Source: Christensenella sp. UBA6094
GTDB taxonomy: Bacteria; Bacillota; Clostridia; Christensenellales; UBA6094
Direction: 5' to 3'
Assembly (NCBI GenBank): GCA_002435915.1
Contig: DIWY01000002.1
Span: 86,006-150,005, forward strand
Length of the DNA: 64,000 nt
Under the pieces are notes generated by a model. The model was not told where the DNA came from, searched no databases, and saw only the letters and a program-made list of their open reading frames with translations. The translations under genes and the position numbers were made by a program. How positions within the stretch are numbered: position 1 is the first letter of the stretch; each line of letters opens with the position of its first letter. Below, one piece after another: positions 45,063-56,201 of this stretch.

Positions 45063-46040
45063 AGCTTTTGGAGCGTCTTTGGAGCGCTTTTGCGAGTGTC
45101 TTTGCAAGAATCTCTGGAGAGCCTCTGGAGCGTCAGGTGTCTTTGCGAGCGCCTCTGGAGAGCCTCTGGAGAGCCTCTGTTGGTGTTTTGTTGGCGTTTA
45201 TGTTAGTGTCTTGTGGGCGCCTTTGGAGATACAATGTAAGCATCTTTGGAGACTAGCTCATAAATTTTCAGCGTATATTAATTTATTCGTATCTAAGTTC
45301 CTGTTTCGTTGTACTTTTTTAGAAAAAGTACCAAAAATCGCCGACTGCGCTCCATTCAAAAATGCAATTTTATACGCTCACGTTGGTTTTATAAATCGCC
45401 TTTAAGTTTGCTCCAGCTATTCTTATTAGTGTGCATGAAGTACAGCTTTTTTCTTTCGTGCTCCAGTTTGAAATAGGAGACTTAAAGGCTCTATAAAACA
45501 TTTTTATCGCTCGCGTAGGCAGGTTGCATTTTTTTCATTTACGCTAAGGTCGGCGTTTGTTTTTGCTTGGGTGGGTCTTTGAGGGGTGGTTGGGGTGAGG
45601 CTTTGAGGGGGTGGTTTGGAGTGGGGTTTTGAGGGATGGTTTGGAGTGGGGCTTTGAGGGATGGGGTTTTGGACGAGCTTTTTTGAGTGGAGTTAAGTTA
45701 GAGATTTCTGATAAAGTTTTGTTGCTTTTTTAGGTCGGGCGTTGTAGGTGCCTTTGTAGTTGATTTTGAAGTGTTTTTGTTAGTGTCACTGTTAGCCTTT
45801 GTAGGTGTCTTTGTGATCGCCTTTGAGGGAGGGTTTGGGCGGGACTTTGAGGGAAGGTTTGGAGTGGGTCTTTGAGGGGTGTTTTGTGTCAGGCTTTGAG
45901 GGAAGGTTTGGAGTGGGTCTTTGAGGGGTGTTTTGTGTCAGGCTTTGAGGGAAGGTTGGGGGGCTTTGAGGGACGGTTTGGGGTGGGAATTAAGGGGCGG
46001 TTTGAAGTGGGGATCTGAGGGACGGTCTGGGTGGGGCGTA
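45063..46040 (+). repeat. Family-2 composite repeat, copy C (left array 45063-45254, core 45255-45566, right array 45567-46040)
   Basis: The left array has units of the GCCTCTGGAGA / GTCTTTGCGAG type. The core is the most diverged of the three but keeps all three nested stems. The right array includes a near-exact tandem duplication of about 49 bp at 45842-45940. Confidence 0.9.
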
Positions 46041-46071
46041 GATAGATTAATAAAACTCGTGCTATTTTGGG

Positions 46072-46098
46072 GAAAAAAAAGAGGTGCGTTTGCACCTC
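46072..46098 (-). terminator. Rho-independent terminator after leuD
   Basis: On the minus strand GAGGTGC-AAAC-GCACCTC is followed by a run of eight T. Confidence 0.8.
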
Positions 46099-46114
46099 TT
46101 AATTTAATGCTGGC

Positions 46115-46603
46115 TTAATCTTGCTTTTGAATATAGCTTAGTAGTCCACCAGCATTTACTATATTCTGTATAAATTCAGGGAATGGCTGTATATCAAATG
46201 TTTGACCTGAAGTATGGTTGATTATTACGCCTTTTGTAAGATCAATTTCTACATCGTCGCCACTCTTAATATTCTTTGCAGCTTCTGGGCACTCAATTAT
46301 TGGTAGACCTATATTTAATGCGTTTCTGTAGAAGATACGAGCGAAAGTGCAAGCGATTATGCAAGAAACGCCGCTTTCTTTAATAACAGCTGGTGCATGC
46401 TCTCTAGATGAGCCACAACCAAAGTTCTCTTCGCCGACCATAATATCGCCAGGTTTTACTGTTTTGATAAATTCTTTATCTATATCTTCCATGCAATGAG
46501 CGGATAGCTCTTTCATGTTTGTGATGTTTAGGTATCTTGCAGGTATAATTACGTCTGTATCGACATTATCGCCATATTTATATACTTTTGATCTGAAATT
46601 CAT
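46115..46603 (-). CDS. leuD: 3-isopropylmalate/citramalate isomerase small subunit
   Basis: 162 aa, short LeuD type, with [14 protein letters not shown]. Confidence 0.9.
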   Translation of the reverse strand: MNFRSKVYKYGDNVDTDVIIPARYLNITNMKELSAHCMEDIDKEFIKTVKPGDIMVGEENFGCGSSREHAPAVIKESGVSCIIACTFARIFYRNALNIGLPIIECPEAAKNIKSGDDVEIDLTKGVIINHTSGQTFDIQPFPEFIQNIVNAGGLLSYIQKQD

Positions 46604-46620
46604 GTTCTTTCTCCTCTATC

Positions 46621-47883
46621 TTAAAGTTTGTTTGGGTCTGTCAGTACGCCTGTTATAGCTGTAGCAGCTGCAACGGCTGGAGATGCTAAAATTACTTTAG
46701 AATCTACGTGACCCATACGACCTACAAAGTTACGGTTTGTTGTTGATACAGCTAGTTCGCCGTCTGCTAAAACGCCCATGTGTCCGCCAAGGCATGGTCC
46801 ACAAGTAGGAGTTGAAACAACCGCGCCACACTCGATAAATGTTTGGAAGATACCTTCTTGGATGCACTCCATAACGATTTTCTGTGTGCCAGGAAGAACG
46901 ATAACACGAACGCCCTTAGCAACTTTTTTGCCTCTCATGATATCAGCAGCTTCTCTTAGATCTTCCATACGACCGTTTGTGCAAGAGCCGATAACAACCT
47001 GATCAACTTTTATGCCGGCTACTTCGCTAACAGGTTTTGCATTTTCAGGAAGATGAGGCATAGCTACTGTTGATTCTAGTTTAGAAAGATCGATATCAAT
47101 TACTCTTTTGTAAACTGCATCAGCATCAGGAGTGTATGCGGTCCATTCTCTGTTTTTAACATGATCATTAACGTAAGCGAGAGTTATATCATCTACTTCG
47201 AAGATGCCATTTTTAGCACCTGCTTCAATAGCCATGTTAGCTACTGTGAATCTTGAATCCATTGATACGTTTTTAAGGCCTTCTCCACCAAACTCCATAG
47301 AGCAGTAAAGAGCGCCGTCAACACCGATAAGTCCTATTATATAGAGGATCAGGTCTTTACCTGAAACGTATTTGTTAAATTTGCCTGTTAAGTTAAATCT
47401 TATAGCCTCAGGAACTTTAAACCAGCCTTTGCCTGTCATCATGCCTGCTGCCATATCTGTTGAGCCTACGCCTGTTGAGAAAGCTCCAACAGCACCATAT
47501 GTGCAAGTGTGTGAGTCAGCGCCGATTATTAGTTCGCCAGGAGCGCATAGTCCTTTTTCAGGAAGTAAGCAATGCTCAATACCCATTTCGCCTAATTCAA
47601 AATAGTTTGTTATATCATGTTTGTTTGCAAATACACGTATTTGTTTTGCGTTTTGAGCAGATTTAATATCTTTGTTAGGCGTGAAATGGTCAGATACTAG
47701 CATTATTTTGTCTTTGTTAAAAACTTTATCTGCACCGATCTTATCCATTTCGTTAATTGCTACAGGTGCCGTTACGTCGTTACCTAGTACGAGGTCTAAA
47801 TTTGCCTCGATTAATTGTCCAGCAACTACTGAATCTAGGCCTGCGTGTGCCGCAAGAATTTTTTGTGTCATGGTCATCCCCAT
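46621..47883 (-). CDS. leuC: 3-isopropylmalate/citramalate isomerase large subunit
   Basis: Aconitase-family, with Fe-S cysteines (GSCTNGR, TCGPCLG). Start chosen at MGMTMTQKI with AAGGAG 8 nt upstream. Confidence 0.9.
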   Translation of the reverse strand: MGMTMTQKILAAHAGLDSVVAGQLIEANLDLVLGNDVTAPVAINEMDKIGADKVFNKDKIMLVSDHFTPNKDIKSAQNAKQIRVFANKHDITNYFELGEMGIEHCLLPEKGLCAPGELIIGADSHTCTYGAVGAFSTGVGSTDMAAGMMTGKGWFKVPEAIRFNLTGKFNKYVSGKDLILYIIGLIGVDGALYCSMEFGGEGLKNVSMDSRFTVANMAIEAGAKNGIFEVDDITLAYVNDHVKNREWTAYTPDADAVYKRVIDIDLSKLESTVAMPHLPENAKPVSEVAGIKVDQVVIGSCTNGRMEDLREAADIMRGKKVAKGVRVIVLPGTQKIVMECIQEGIFQTFIECGAVVSTPTCGPCLGGHMGVLADGELAVSTTNRNFVGRMGHVDSKVILASPAVAAATAITGVLTDPNKL

Positions 47884-47900
47884 AATGTGCACTCCTTTTT

Positions 47901-49460
47901 CTATTTTATAAGTTTATATATATAAGAATCAACTAGCGCTGCGCAGGAAGCCTCAATGATATCTTTGCTCACGCCAATCGTATTCCATGTTTTGTGTGAA
48001 TCCGAGGTTTCTATAAGAACTCTTACGCTTGCGGCAGCAGCGCTCTTTGAATCAAGAACACGTACTTTGTAGTCCGTAAGGTGCATATCCTGTATTTGAG
48101 GGTAGAAGAACGTTAGTGCTTTTCTAAGTGCTTGGTCAAGCGCATTTACTGGGCCATAGGCTTCTGCTGCACTTATCTCTTCCTTGCCGTTTGCACGTAA
48201 TTTTATAAAAGCGAAAGAGGTCAGCTTATTTTCTTCCGGCTTAAGCTCTTCTATTATCTTAAACTCGACAAGCTCAAACGGATCGGCTATTCTGCCTAAA
48301 TGTCTTAGCACAAGAAGTTCGAATGTAGCATCAGCACCTTCAGTATAAAAGCCTTCGTTTTCGAGATTCTTAATGATGCGTGTTATTTCACTTACTTCTT
48401 TTGAATCCCTGCTTAGCTCTGGGCAGATCTTGCGGATTTTGGAATATATCGTGCTTCTGCCTGCTACTTCGCTCATTAGTATGCGGCGCGAGTTGCCGAC
48501 TATCTCCGGGTCTATATGCTCAAATGTATCCGGCGATTTCAGCACTGCGTCAACATGCATGCCACCTTTATGAGAGAAGGCACTTGCGCCAACGTATGGT
48601 GCATTTCCAGGGATACCTATGTTTGAAATTTCAGCAATTTCTCTTGCAGCTACTGTTAAGTTTACCATATTTTCTTTAGGGATACATTCATAACCTTTTT
48701 TAAGCTGAAGGTTTGCAATAACTGTGCTCAAATTGGCGTTACCACAACGCTCGCCATACCCTAAAAACGTACCTTGCACATGCGTTGCGCCTGCTGCTAC
48801 TGCCATTATTGCGTTGGCTACTGCCATACCACCATCATTGTGCGAGTGTATGCCTATTTCAGCTTTGCAGGATAATGCCGCTGCACGCGTCATCTCGGCT
48901 ATTTCGCTTGGGAACGTACCTCCGTTTGTATCGCAAAGGCAAAGGCATTTCGCACCTGCATGCTCTGCTGCACGTATCGCTTCCAGTGCGTATGTACGGT
49001 TGTGCTTATACCCATCAAAGAAATGCTCTGCGTCGTATATAACGTTTCTACCTTCTTTAGTTAAAAAAGATATTGTGTCATAGATCATCTTTAGGTTTTC
49101 TTCAAGTGTGGTCATAAGAACATCCGTAACGTGATAATCCCAAGCCTTGCCAAAGATGGCAACGTTATTTGCGCCACTCTCAAGTATCTTCAATAGATTT
49201 TCATCATCGCAAGCAGCAATATTTTTACGTCTAGTGCTGCCAAAGGCAACAAGCTGCGATGTCTTTAGATTCATTTCTTTAGCTAAAGCGAACAGCTGCC
49301 GATCTTTTTCGTTTGAGCTGGGGTTTCCTGCTTCAACAAAAGGAATGCCGAGTTCGTCTAGCGATGTAAGGATGCGTACTTTGTCTTGCAGAGAAAACGC
49401 TATGCCCTCTGCTTGAGCGCCATCTCTAAGAGAGGAATCGAGGATATCAATTTTCTGCAT
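47901..49460 (-). CDS. cimA: Citramalate synthase (CimA-type, LeuA-dimer C-terminal domain)
   Basis: 519 aa. The N-terminus [42 protein letters not shown] resembles the CimA subgroup rather than the long LeuA. Confidence 0.75.
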   Translation of the reverse strand: MQKIDILDSSLRDGAQAEGIAFSLQDKVRILTSLDELGIPFVEAGNPSSNEKDRQLFALAKEMNLKTSQLVAFGSTRRKNIAACDDENLLKILESGANNVAIFGKAWDYHVTDVLMTTLEENLKMIYDTISFLTKEGRNVIYDAEHFFDGYKHNRTYALEAIRAAEHAGAKCLCLCDTNGGTFPSEIAEMTRAAALSCKAEIGIHSHNDGGMAVANAIMAVAAGATHVQGTFLGYGERCGNANLSTVIANLQLKKGYECIPKENMVNLTVAAREIAEISNIGIPGNAPYVGASAFSHKGGMHVDAVLKSPDTFEHIDPEIVGNSRRILMSEVAGRSTIYSKIRKICPELSRDSKEVSEITRIIKNLENEGFYTEGADATFELLVLRHLGRIADPFELVEFKIIEELKPEENKLTSFAFIKLRANGKEEISAAEAYGPVNALDQALRKALTFFYPQIQDMHLTDYKVRVLDSKSAAAASVRVLIETSDSHKTWNTIGVSKDIIEASCAALVDSYIYKLIK

Positions 49461-49527
49461 CTACTCACCTCTTTCTCTTGTAATAAAAAAAGCCCTGGCG
49501 CTTTACCGCCAAGGCTTAAGTTCTGTG

Positions 49528-49740
49528 TTAACTCAAAGCTCTTGCAAGTGCGCCCAGTAATTTGCCTATAATTATTAGACCGAATATAAGTCCGCCTATA
49601 ATAATGAATATAAGGAGTGGGCATAAAATAAATGAAAGGGCGCCAAGAAACAAAGTACCAACTACTAGTACTAAGCTAATTGCTATTTTTAGCATTAACG
49701 CTATCATGCCTATTGCAAATAATGTAGTTAAAACAAACAT
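49528..49740 (-). CDS. Possible small hydrophobic membrane protein
   Basis: 70 aa, almost entirely hydrophobic, with a weak RBS. It is followed by a terminator hairpin (GCCTTGGCG-GTAAAG-CGCCAGGGC then a T-run) before cimA. Confidence 0.3.
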   Translation of the reverse strand: MFVLTTLFAIGMIALMLKIAISLVLVVGTLFLGALSFILCPLLIFIIIGGLIFGLIIIGKLLGALARALS

Positions 49741-50204
49741 TGCGTATCATCCCATCAATTTATTATACATACTTTAGTATATTACATTATACAAGAAGAG
49801 GTGTTGCGTGTCAATAATGCTCCAAGAATTAATGTATGCAGCGATTATGTGCGTATTTATTGTATGTATTTTTATTAAATCATATGTAAAGACAATCTTT
49901 TTCATGCAGACACTTCAAACTAATTTTAGCAGACAGAAGGCAAACATATTATTATATGCATAAAAAATAATAAAATTATATTTCTGCAATAATAGTTTTT
50001 TTTCTCCATGCCAAAAAAAGATATAAAGCACACAGTTTTTTTGGCAGTTTTATAGCACGGATGTAAAAACGCAACTAGTTTTGAGTTTAATGAAAAAGTT
50101 AATGCGTTTATTGCGTAAAAAAATCGTGTTTGTTAGACAATCGCATGGGCCAAGCACTGCTATAATCGAAACACTAGCCGATTAAAAGTAGAGGGGTGGG
50201 CAAC

Positions 50205-52646
50205 ATGCTTAGGCAGAGGAGCCATAATATTACAGGAATTATTCCAAAAAAAGATACGAAGACGTATGCTTGGTATTTTTTTGTTGTGTTTATCATGTGC
50301 AGAGTGAGTATTTTAAAAGATGTAGCGCCGTTTGGGCTTGCTATGATAGCCGCAACTTGGACATGCGTTAATCCAGTCGTGCTGATATGTGCTGGGTTTT
50401 TTGGAGCGATGTCTTTCTACCCAGCTATTCAATATGACACTCTACTTGGGCTTTTGGTTTTTGCGATACTGTATCCGGTGCTTGAAAAAAAGCTGAAGAA
50501 AAAGAGGATAGAAGATATTGGACTTATCTGTTTACTAGTCAGCTATTTTGTACCGATGCTGCTTTTCAAGCTAGATACATTGCAGCTTCTTTTGACTGGG
50601 CTTATGAGCACTGCACTTGGAGTGCTATACTACAGCACTTTTAAAAAGATAATCGCGCTAAAGCGATCAATAAAAAAACGAACGATACTAACAGAAGAGG
50701 AGATAGTGGCGCTAACGCTAACGCTGTGCCTATTTATCTCTGCTTTTAGTTATATGAATGTGTATACGATAAATGTCGGCAATGTCGTTTCCTCCTACTT
50801 GGCTATGCTGGCGGGCCTTATACTTGGAGCGGGGCCTGCTGCCTGCCTTGCCGTGGCTTTTGGCCTGGCAATGGGTACTAAAGCAAGCATATCACTGGTG
50901 CTTGTGGGTAGTTTAGCTGTTTGCGCTCTGCTGGGTGGTGTATTTAGATCACTTAAAAAACCGGGAACCATCTTTGGCTTTATGATAGGCAATGTGCTGT
51001 TAACGCTTTACGCGGATAATTTCGTGGGATCGGGGCTGCTGGTTATAGAGGGGATAATAGCAGCTGGTCTATTTGCGTCTACACCAAAAAGCTTTATTGC
51101 TCGCTTAAACAAATATACAGTTTCTAAGCAGGGGATAAAGCAAGTGCACGCCACAAGGCTAAAAGAGGAAACGACAAACAGGCTGACAGATTTTGCTCAT
51201 ATGTTACAATCGCTCTCTAGTACTCTTACTCCAGCTAAAGAAAGGGGAAGCAGTACCGAACAACAGATGAGCGATATATGTGGTGAGGTAAAGAAAGCGG
51301 CATGCAAAAACTGCATGCGGGCAAGGCAGTGTTGGGAAGAAGAAGTGCTGGAGACATATACAAGCATGATCACGCTACTTTCGATATATTCCATGGAAAG
51401 ATGTGTGCAGGCAAAGGACATACCGTATTCTATGCTCAGAAAATGCAACAGAACAGATACGCTCATAACTGCGCTTAATAACGTTTTTGAGGATGCAATA
51501 CTGGAGAAGAAGCTACAACAGAAGCTTTACAACTGCCGTATGCTGGTTAAAACTCAGATAGAGGGCGTTTCAAACGTCATTGAATCTATGGCAAAGCAAA
51601 TTGATAGCAGACCGGTTTTCTCGGGCGAAATCGAAGAAGAGCTTATGCTAAAGCTTGATGCAGCTGGAGTTCGCGCTAAAGAGGTTATGGTTGAAAGAAC
51701 GTACAAAGATAAACTGCGTGTGCAGTTGCAGGTAAAAGCATGTGGAGGCAATTCAGTCTGTGATAATAAGATTAAGAATATTGTTTCAAGAAGTGTAGGC
51801 AAAAAGATGAAGCTCCAAAGAGACTTATGCGTTATGGAAGGTAGTAAACGAAGGCTTTGCACACTTACGTTTATAGAAGCATCCATATTTGAACCAGTCA
51901 TTGGCGTAGCTAAAACTTCAAAAGCAGGTAGCTCAATAAGTGGAGATTGCGTCAGTGTAATGCCACTTGACGATACGACGTATCTGTTTATTATGTCAGA
52001 CGGAATGGGCAGTGGAGTGGAAGCGCATCAGGAATCTAAAACGACTGTGGATCTGGTTTCGCTATTCTTTAGGACAGGATTTAACAGAGATACAGTTTTT
52101 GAAACGATAAACGATATACTGCTTTTAAGGGGTGAAGACGAAATATTCTCAACACTTGATGTGTGCATACTGGATCTTGCAGCAGGCATTATTGAGCTAA
52201 CTAAAATAGGCTCGTCACCATCATATATAATAAAGGATGGTCAGCTTGAAAAGATAACGTCTACTAATTTGCCTATTGGGATACTTGAGAGCGTTACTCC
52301 GGCTGCTTTTAGGCGGACAATGCACATAGAGGATTGCCTTATTATGATGACGGATGGCGTATACGATGCGCTAAATGATAAAATGACTGCTAGAGAACTT
52401 GGGCAGTACATGGACTACTTACAGCATAGTGGTAAAGACGCTAATGCCATGGCTAAGCATATACTGAAAACGGCAGTGGGAGATGATCAGCCGTTTGACG
52501 ATATGTCGGTACTGTGCATGTATCTGAAAGAGTCGACACCATTAGCGCCAAATGTAAATATAAGAAATAAAATGACAAATGTATTGCATATAGACAGAGC
52601 CAAAAGAAGACCTGTGCAGTCAGATGATATGGGAGTTAGCGAATAA
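50205..52646 (+). CDS. spoIIE: Stage II sporulation protein E (PP2C phosphatase with polytopic N-terminal domain)
   Basis: About 813 aa with about 10 N-terminal TM segments, a central regulatory region and a C-terminal PP2C domain (SGDCVSV...MSDGMGSG...MMTDGVYD...DDMSVL). Confidence 0.9.
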   Translation: MLRQRSHNITGIIPKKDTKTYAWYFFVVFIMCRVSILKDVAPFGLAMIAATWTCVNPVVLICAGFFGAMSFYPAIQYDTLLGLLVFAILYPVLEKKLKKKRIEDIGLICLLVSYFVPMLLFKLDTLQLLLTGLMSTALGVLYYSTFKKIIALKRSIKKRTILTEEEIVALTLTLCLFISAFSYMNVYTINVGNVVSSYLAMLAGLILGAGPAACLAVAFGLAMGTKASISLVLVGSLAVCALLGGVFRSLKKPGTIFGFMIGNVLLTLYADNFVGSGLLVIEGIIAAGLFASTPKSFIARLNKYTVSKQGIKQVHATRLKEETTNRLTDFAHMLQSLSSTLTPAKERGSSTEQQMSDICGEVKKAACKNCMRARQCWEEEVLETYTSMITLLSIYSMERCVQAKDIPYSMLRKCNRTDTLITALNNVFEDAILEKKLQQKLYNCRMLVKTQIEGVSNVIESMAKQIDSRPVFSGEIEEELMLKLDAAGVRAKEVMVERTYKDKLRVQLQVKACGGNSVCDNKIKNIVSRSVGKKMKLQRDLCVMEGSKRRLCTLTFIEASIFEPVIGVAKTSKAGSSISGDCVSVMPLDDTTYLFIMSDGMGSGVEAHQESKTTVDLVSLFFRTGFNRDTVFETINDILLLRGEDEIFSTLDVCILDLAAGIIELTKIGSSPSYIIKDGQLEKITSTNLPIGILESVTPAAFRRTMHIEDCLIMMTDGVYDALNDKMTARELGQYMDYLQHSGKDANAMAKHILKTAVGDDQPFDDMSVLCMYLKESTPLAPNVNIRNKMTNVLHIDRAKRRPVQSDDMGVSE

Positions 52647-52654
52647 AATTAAAC

Positions 52655-52682
52655 AAAAAAGAGCAGCTAGGCTGCTCTTAAA
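52655..52682. terminator. Hairpin between convergent spoIIE and the deacetylase gene
   Basis: GAGCAGC-TAG-GCTGCTC, with the A-run upstream giving a U-run on the minus strand. Confidence 0.6.
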
Positions 52683-52690
52683 AAACTTAT

Positions 52691-53545
52691 TTATGGTCTG
52701 GTAATAACATCGAAAGAATAACCTTTGGCTCTTAGCTGATCTATCATTACTGCTAAAGCCTGCACAGAAGTGTCTTTGTTTGCTGCGTCATGCATTAGTA
52801 TTACAGGATGTTTCATTGAACCTAACTGGGAATTAAACTTGGCAACAAGTGCTTCAGTAGTTGACTTTGAACCGCCAGAATCCTTAGGATCAATATTCCA
52901 AGCATAGAAGTCCATGCCTAAGTCGGTTACAACCTGAACGTAAGCAGGATCGGACTGCTTTAAACCACCAGGAAAGCGGAAGAGTGTAACTTGGTAATCT
53001 TGCCCTAAAATGTTTTTTATTACGTTGTTTGTATGTACTATTTCTTCTCTTAATGTGTCTGGAGAAGCATATATTTGTTTGTATACGTGCGAGTAAGAGT
53101 GATTACCTATTACATGCCCGTCAGCGGCAATATCTTTAATATACTGTGGGTGAGCTTCTGCATTTCTTCCTAATACAAAGAAAGTAACTTTAACGTTTTT
53201 CCCTCTAAGCATTGCAAGTAGCGCAGGAGTGTTTCTGGAAGGACCATCATCTATCGTAATATAGGCGACCTTGCCTGCTCTTTGTTCGGCCGTCATTTTA
53301 ATTTTGTTAATAAGCGGTACTGGCGGAGCTGGAGTAGGAGTAGGTGGTGGCGGAACAGGTGTTTCAGTAGGCTCAACGGGAGGTGGAGTAACCTCTGGCG
53401 TTTGTTCGGGTGTAGCAGTAGGCAAACTCATAGTTGGGCTTTCTGTAATCATTTGAGGGGAAGCATTTGGATCGATATTATTGCACCCAAAAAGTAATAG
53501 TGCAGTAAATAGACCAATTGTAAAAATCAGTAGTAGTTTTTTCAT
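52691..53545 (-). CDS. Polysaccharide deacetylase (NodB homology) lipoprotein
   Basis: 284 aa with a lipobox (LFGC), a Pro/Thr-rich linker, and NodB motifs (TIDDGP, HSYSH). Confidence 0.85.
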   Translation of the reverse strand: MKKLLLIFTIGLFTALLLFGCNNIDPNASPQMITESPTMSLPTATPEQTPEVTPPPVEPTETPVPPPPTPTPAPPVPLINKIKMTAEQRAGKVAYITIDDGPSRNTPALLAMLRGKNVKVTFFVLGRNAEAHPQYIKDIAADGHVIGNHSYSHVYKQIYASPDTLREEIVHTNNVIKNILGQDYQVTLFRFPGGLKQSDPAYVQVVTDLGMDFYAWNIDPKDSGGSKSTTEALVAKFNSQLGSMKHPVILMHDAANKDTSVQALAVMIDQLRAKGYSFDVITRP

Positions 53546-53743
53546 ATAGACATCCTTCTTTTAAGTCTATAATTATTATAGTACAAATATTCAAGAATAT
53601 GTTTTAATTATTTCTTAACAATATGCGTTTAATATTACAATTAATTACAGATGCGTTAAGAAGATATAGAAATACAAGTAAAAAACTATCTGTAATTACA
53701 TACCAGATAGTTTTTTATTCTTTATAATACAGATGAAATAGAG

Positions 53744-54385
53744 TTATCCTAAAAAGTGAGAGAAAATATTGAATGTTGAAAATACTAAACCATGAGCAAG
53801 TGCAAGTGAAAAAATCTTGGCATTAAATTTCTGCTTGAATATTGATAGCACTATACCAAAGTATGTAAACATAAGAATTAGTCTTGCGTCATGCGTAATT
53901 GGATATTGGGATATGCCGAATATAAATGAACAAATTACTATTGCTTTAAGATCGCTACCGAGCAGCTGCTTTAAGCGCTCCAGAATTAGACCTCTAAATA
54001 GCATTTCTTCAGCAAGAGCTACTATACATATATTTATTATAGTGTTGACGATAAGACTATTTAGAACAATTTTTGATGAGCCGCCTAGACCAAAAAGTAA
54101 ATAATACGGCAGAACGTAGACGACAAGAAGAACAAGATAAATAATTATGCCCTTATAAATTTGGGTAAATATATTTTGAAACGTTAAGCCTATCATGGCA
54201 ATTTTTTCGCGATCTATGACCTTCACCATAAAGACAACGAAGGCAATATCAAATATATACAGTGCTGTTTTTGCAGTTAAATAGAGCTCGCTTTCACTCG
54301 GGGGTAGAAGCGCTCTAAAAATAAACAGAATTAAAAATTCTACAAATACAAGGAATATTACCTCTTCTAATTTTTTCGCATTCAT
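53744..54385 (-). CDS. CPBP-family intramembrane glutamic endopeptidase (CAAX protease/Abi family)
   Basis: Trimmed to MNAKKLEE with AAGGAG upstream. It has the EEMLFRG motif and a downstream H-containing motif in a polytopic protein. Confidence 0.8.
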   Translation of the reverse strand: MNAKKLEEVIFLVFVEFLILFIFRALLPPSESELYLTAKTALYIFDIAFVVFMVKVIDREKIAMIGLTFQNIFTQIYKGIIIYLVLLVVYVLPYYLLFGLGGSSKIVLNSLIVNTIINICIVALAEEMLFRGLILERLKQLLGSDLKAIVICSFIFGISQYPITHDARLILMFTYFGIVLSIFKQKFNAKIFSLALAHGLVFSTFNIFSHFLG

Positions 54386-54770
54386 CTTCTTTCTCCTTAA
54401 AAATTTTTGCACCAGCATATATTATATTATGTTGAATTATTTCAATGGATACTAATAAAGTAAACACATATGTTTAGGCTGAAACAAGCGCTATTAGCCA
54501 AATATCATTAATTTGGCTCAAATGTAGTAAGAATCTAAACCCAAGTTCGAATATTGAAAGATATTGACTGCTCTCTAGCTGTTGCTCGTGTTTAGTATAT
54601 CATATGTGGGCTGAGTTGGGAATATTAATTATATTTGCAATATTGTAAATGTAAGGTAACTGCTATTTATATTGAGGCTAGCAGGCATATCTTTTATATA
54701 AAAATACAACATTAATCGCTCAATTGTGGTAAAATATGAACTAGAATTAAATTGATATGGAGAAATTATT

Positions 54771-55304
54771 ATGAAAAAGAAAGTAGCTGCATGTGTGGCA
54801 TTAGGACTTATGCTAACTGGCTGCACACAAACGACGCCAACAGCGACACAAACACAGACAAGCACTCCAGTAGCTAGCCAGGCAAACACAAACGCAAAGA
54901 AGACTGATACAGCTGAGATAACACTAAAAGACGGTAGCAAAATCAAAGTAACGATAAACAAGGTTACGTCAACAGAAGAAAGAAATGATAGCGACACAAC
55001 AGATCCGAATCAGGTTATCATGCTTGATTTTGGATATGAAAACGTTAGCTCTTCTGAGGATATAATAGTAGATAGTAGTAAATTCAGAGTGTATGATGGA
55101 AGCAACGTACTTGCAACCAGCTATAATCTGACGACAGGGCGCAATTACGGATATATTAAAAAGGGCACAAAACTTGCAAACGCTGATTTATTCTATGCAC
55201 TCATTAATGAGTCCACTTTCGTAACTGTGGATTTTAGGTATAATGGCGGAACAGCAGGCGACCCTGATGCAACATTTGTAATTGAAATTCAGCAACCAGA
55301 ATAA
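54771..55304 (+). CDS. Hypothetical lipoprotein
   Basis: 177 aa with a lipobox (LTGC), a Thr/Gln-rich linker and a beta-rich domain. Confidence 0.65.
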   Translation: MKKKVAACVALGLMLTGCTQTTPTATQTQTSTPVASQANTNAKKTDTAEITLKDGSKIKVTINKVTSTEERNDSDTTDPNQVIMLDFGYENVSSSEDIIVDSSKFRVYDGSNVLATSYNLTTGRNYGYIKKGTKLANADLFYALINESTFVTVDFRYNGGTAGDPDATFVIEIQQPE

Positions 55305-55360
55305 CGAGCATAGCAAAATATAATAGCTAGTTATTAGTTACAAGAGAGCATGAACAAATT

Positions 55361-55384
55361 AAGAGGCTTAGCCTCTTTTTTTTA
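55361..55384 (+). terminator. Rho-independent terminator
   Basis: AGAGGC-TTA-GCCTCT followed by a run of eight T. Confidence 0.8.
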
Positions 55385-55703
55385 TACTTGTTTAGTTCTT
55401 TGCTGAATAAAAAGACTTTAGGAGAATTGATCATGCTGAAAACAGTAGAGAAAAGTTAAAAACAATACAACTAATACTTCGTATAATACTGATAATTTTT
55501 CTCAGTGTACTTTTTTTAAAAAAGTACGAAGAGAAAAAGCATTTGGAACTTGCAAATTATTATATAGTAGAAAATTCATGAAATAGGCTACAAAGACACT
55601 TAAAAAGCTATGCCATAAAATCCAAAGATCATCCACAGAGAAAGCATGTAAAAAAAAGAGCCCTGCTAAAAGCAGGGCAAAATGCAAAATAAAAGGGGAT
55701 CGA

Positions 55704-56201
55704 TTACTTGTTATACTTTTTATCGCTATCTTCATTGACGAAAAGTGGTGCCTGAGGTTGCACACGCGTAAAATTCTTATAAAAGGCGACATCGTCACTA
55801 GGCGCACCTTTCTCAAACTGTTTAGAATTAAACATAGAAAGATAAGCATATAGCATTCGATATATAGCTTCCTGGTTCTCAGGGCTTACATCTGCTAAGC
55901 TTAGCATTTCGTTATATAGCGCTCTGTGTGTGGCTTTCAGCTTTTCCAGCTGCCGCAACTCTGTTGTTTGGAAAGATCCATATTGGTCTTGATCTGCATT
56001 TGCACTTAATAAGTAATCCGTTGATACACCCAAAATGTCAGCTAATTTTAATAAAGTCTCGAACTTTGGGGCGCGCTTGTTCTTTTCGTATTGCGAGAGT
56101 GTAGTGTTACAAATGTCCAGCATTGCAGCCAAGTCTTTTTGCGATAAATCTTTCTTGATACGTAGTTGCTTGATCGTTTCTCCAAAAGTAGAATTTGACA
56201 T
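55704..56201 (-). CDS. XRE-family repressor (phage cI-like)
   Basis: 165 aa with an N-terminal HTH_3 (IKQLRIKKDLSQKDLAAMLDICNTTLSQYEKNKR) and a C-terminal extension. It is divergent from the phage late genes. Confidence 0.8.
   Translation of the reverse strand: MSNSTFGETIKQLRIKKDLSQKDLAAMLDICNTTLSQYEKNKRAPKFETLLKLADILGVSTDYLLSANADQDQYGSFQTTELRQLEKLKATHRALYNEMLSLADVSPENQEAIYRMLYAYLSMFNSKQFEKGAPSDDVAFYKNFTRVQPQAPLFVNEDSDKKYNK

Noticed and set aside
45019-46118. Track ORFs 45019..45405, 45068..45256, 45889..46095 and 45921..46118 over family-2 copy C, and 25773..26030 over copy A
   Set aside because: The strand and frame differ between the three homologous loci, the peptides are low-complexity, and no ORF is conserved across copies.
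49461-49527. A T-box or leader-peptide attenuator upstream of cimA
   Set aside because: The GGCGGTAAAGCG segment only loosely resembles the T-box GGUGGUACCGCG motif, and here it forms the terminator loop itself. The 67-nt gap is too short for a T-box leader.
55502-55849. Track ORF 55502..55849 (minus) overlapping the 3-prime end of the phage repressor gene
   Set aside because: It overlaps the better-supported XRE repressor ORF in another frame, has no RBS, and its composition is typical of an out-of-frame read.
52691-56201. An integrase, tRNA or att site marking the left prophage boundary
   Set aside because: I looked for a tyrosine or serine recombinase ORF, a cloverleaf-like tRNA sequence or a flanking direct repeat and found none. 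The boundary is therefore left undefined rather than called.
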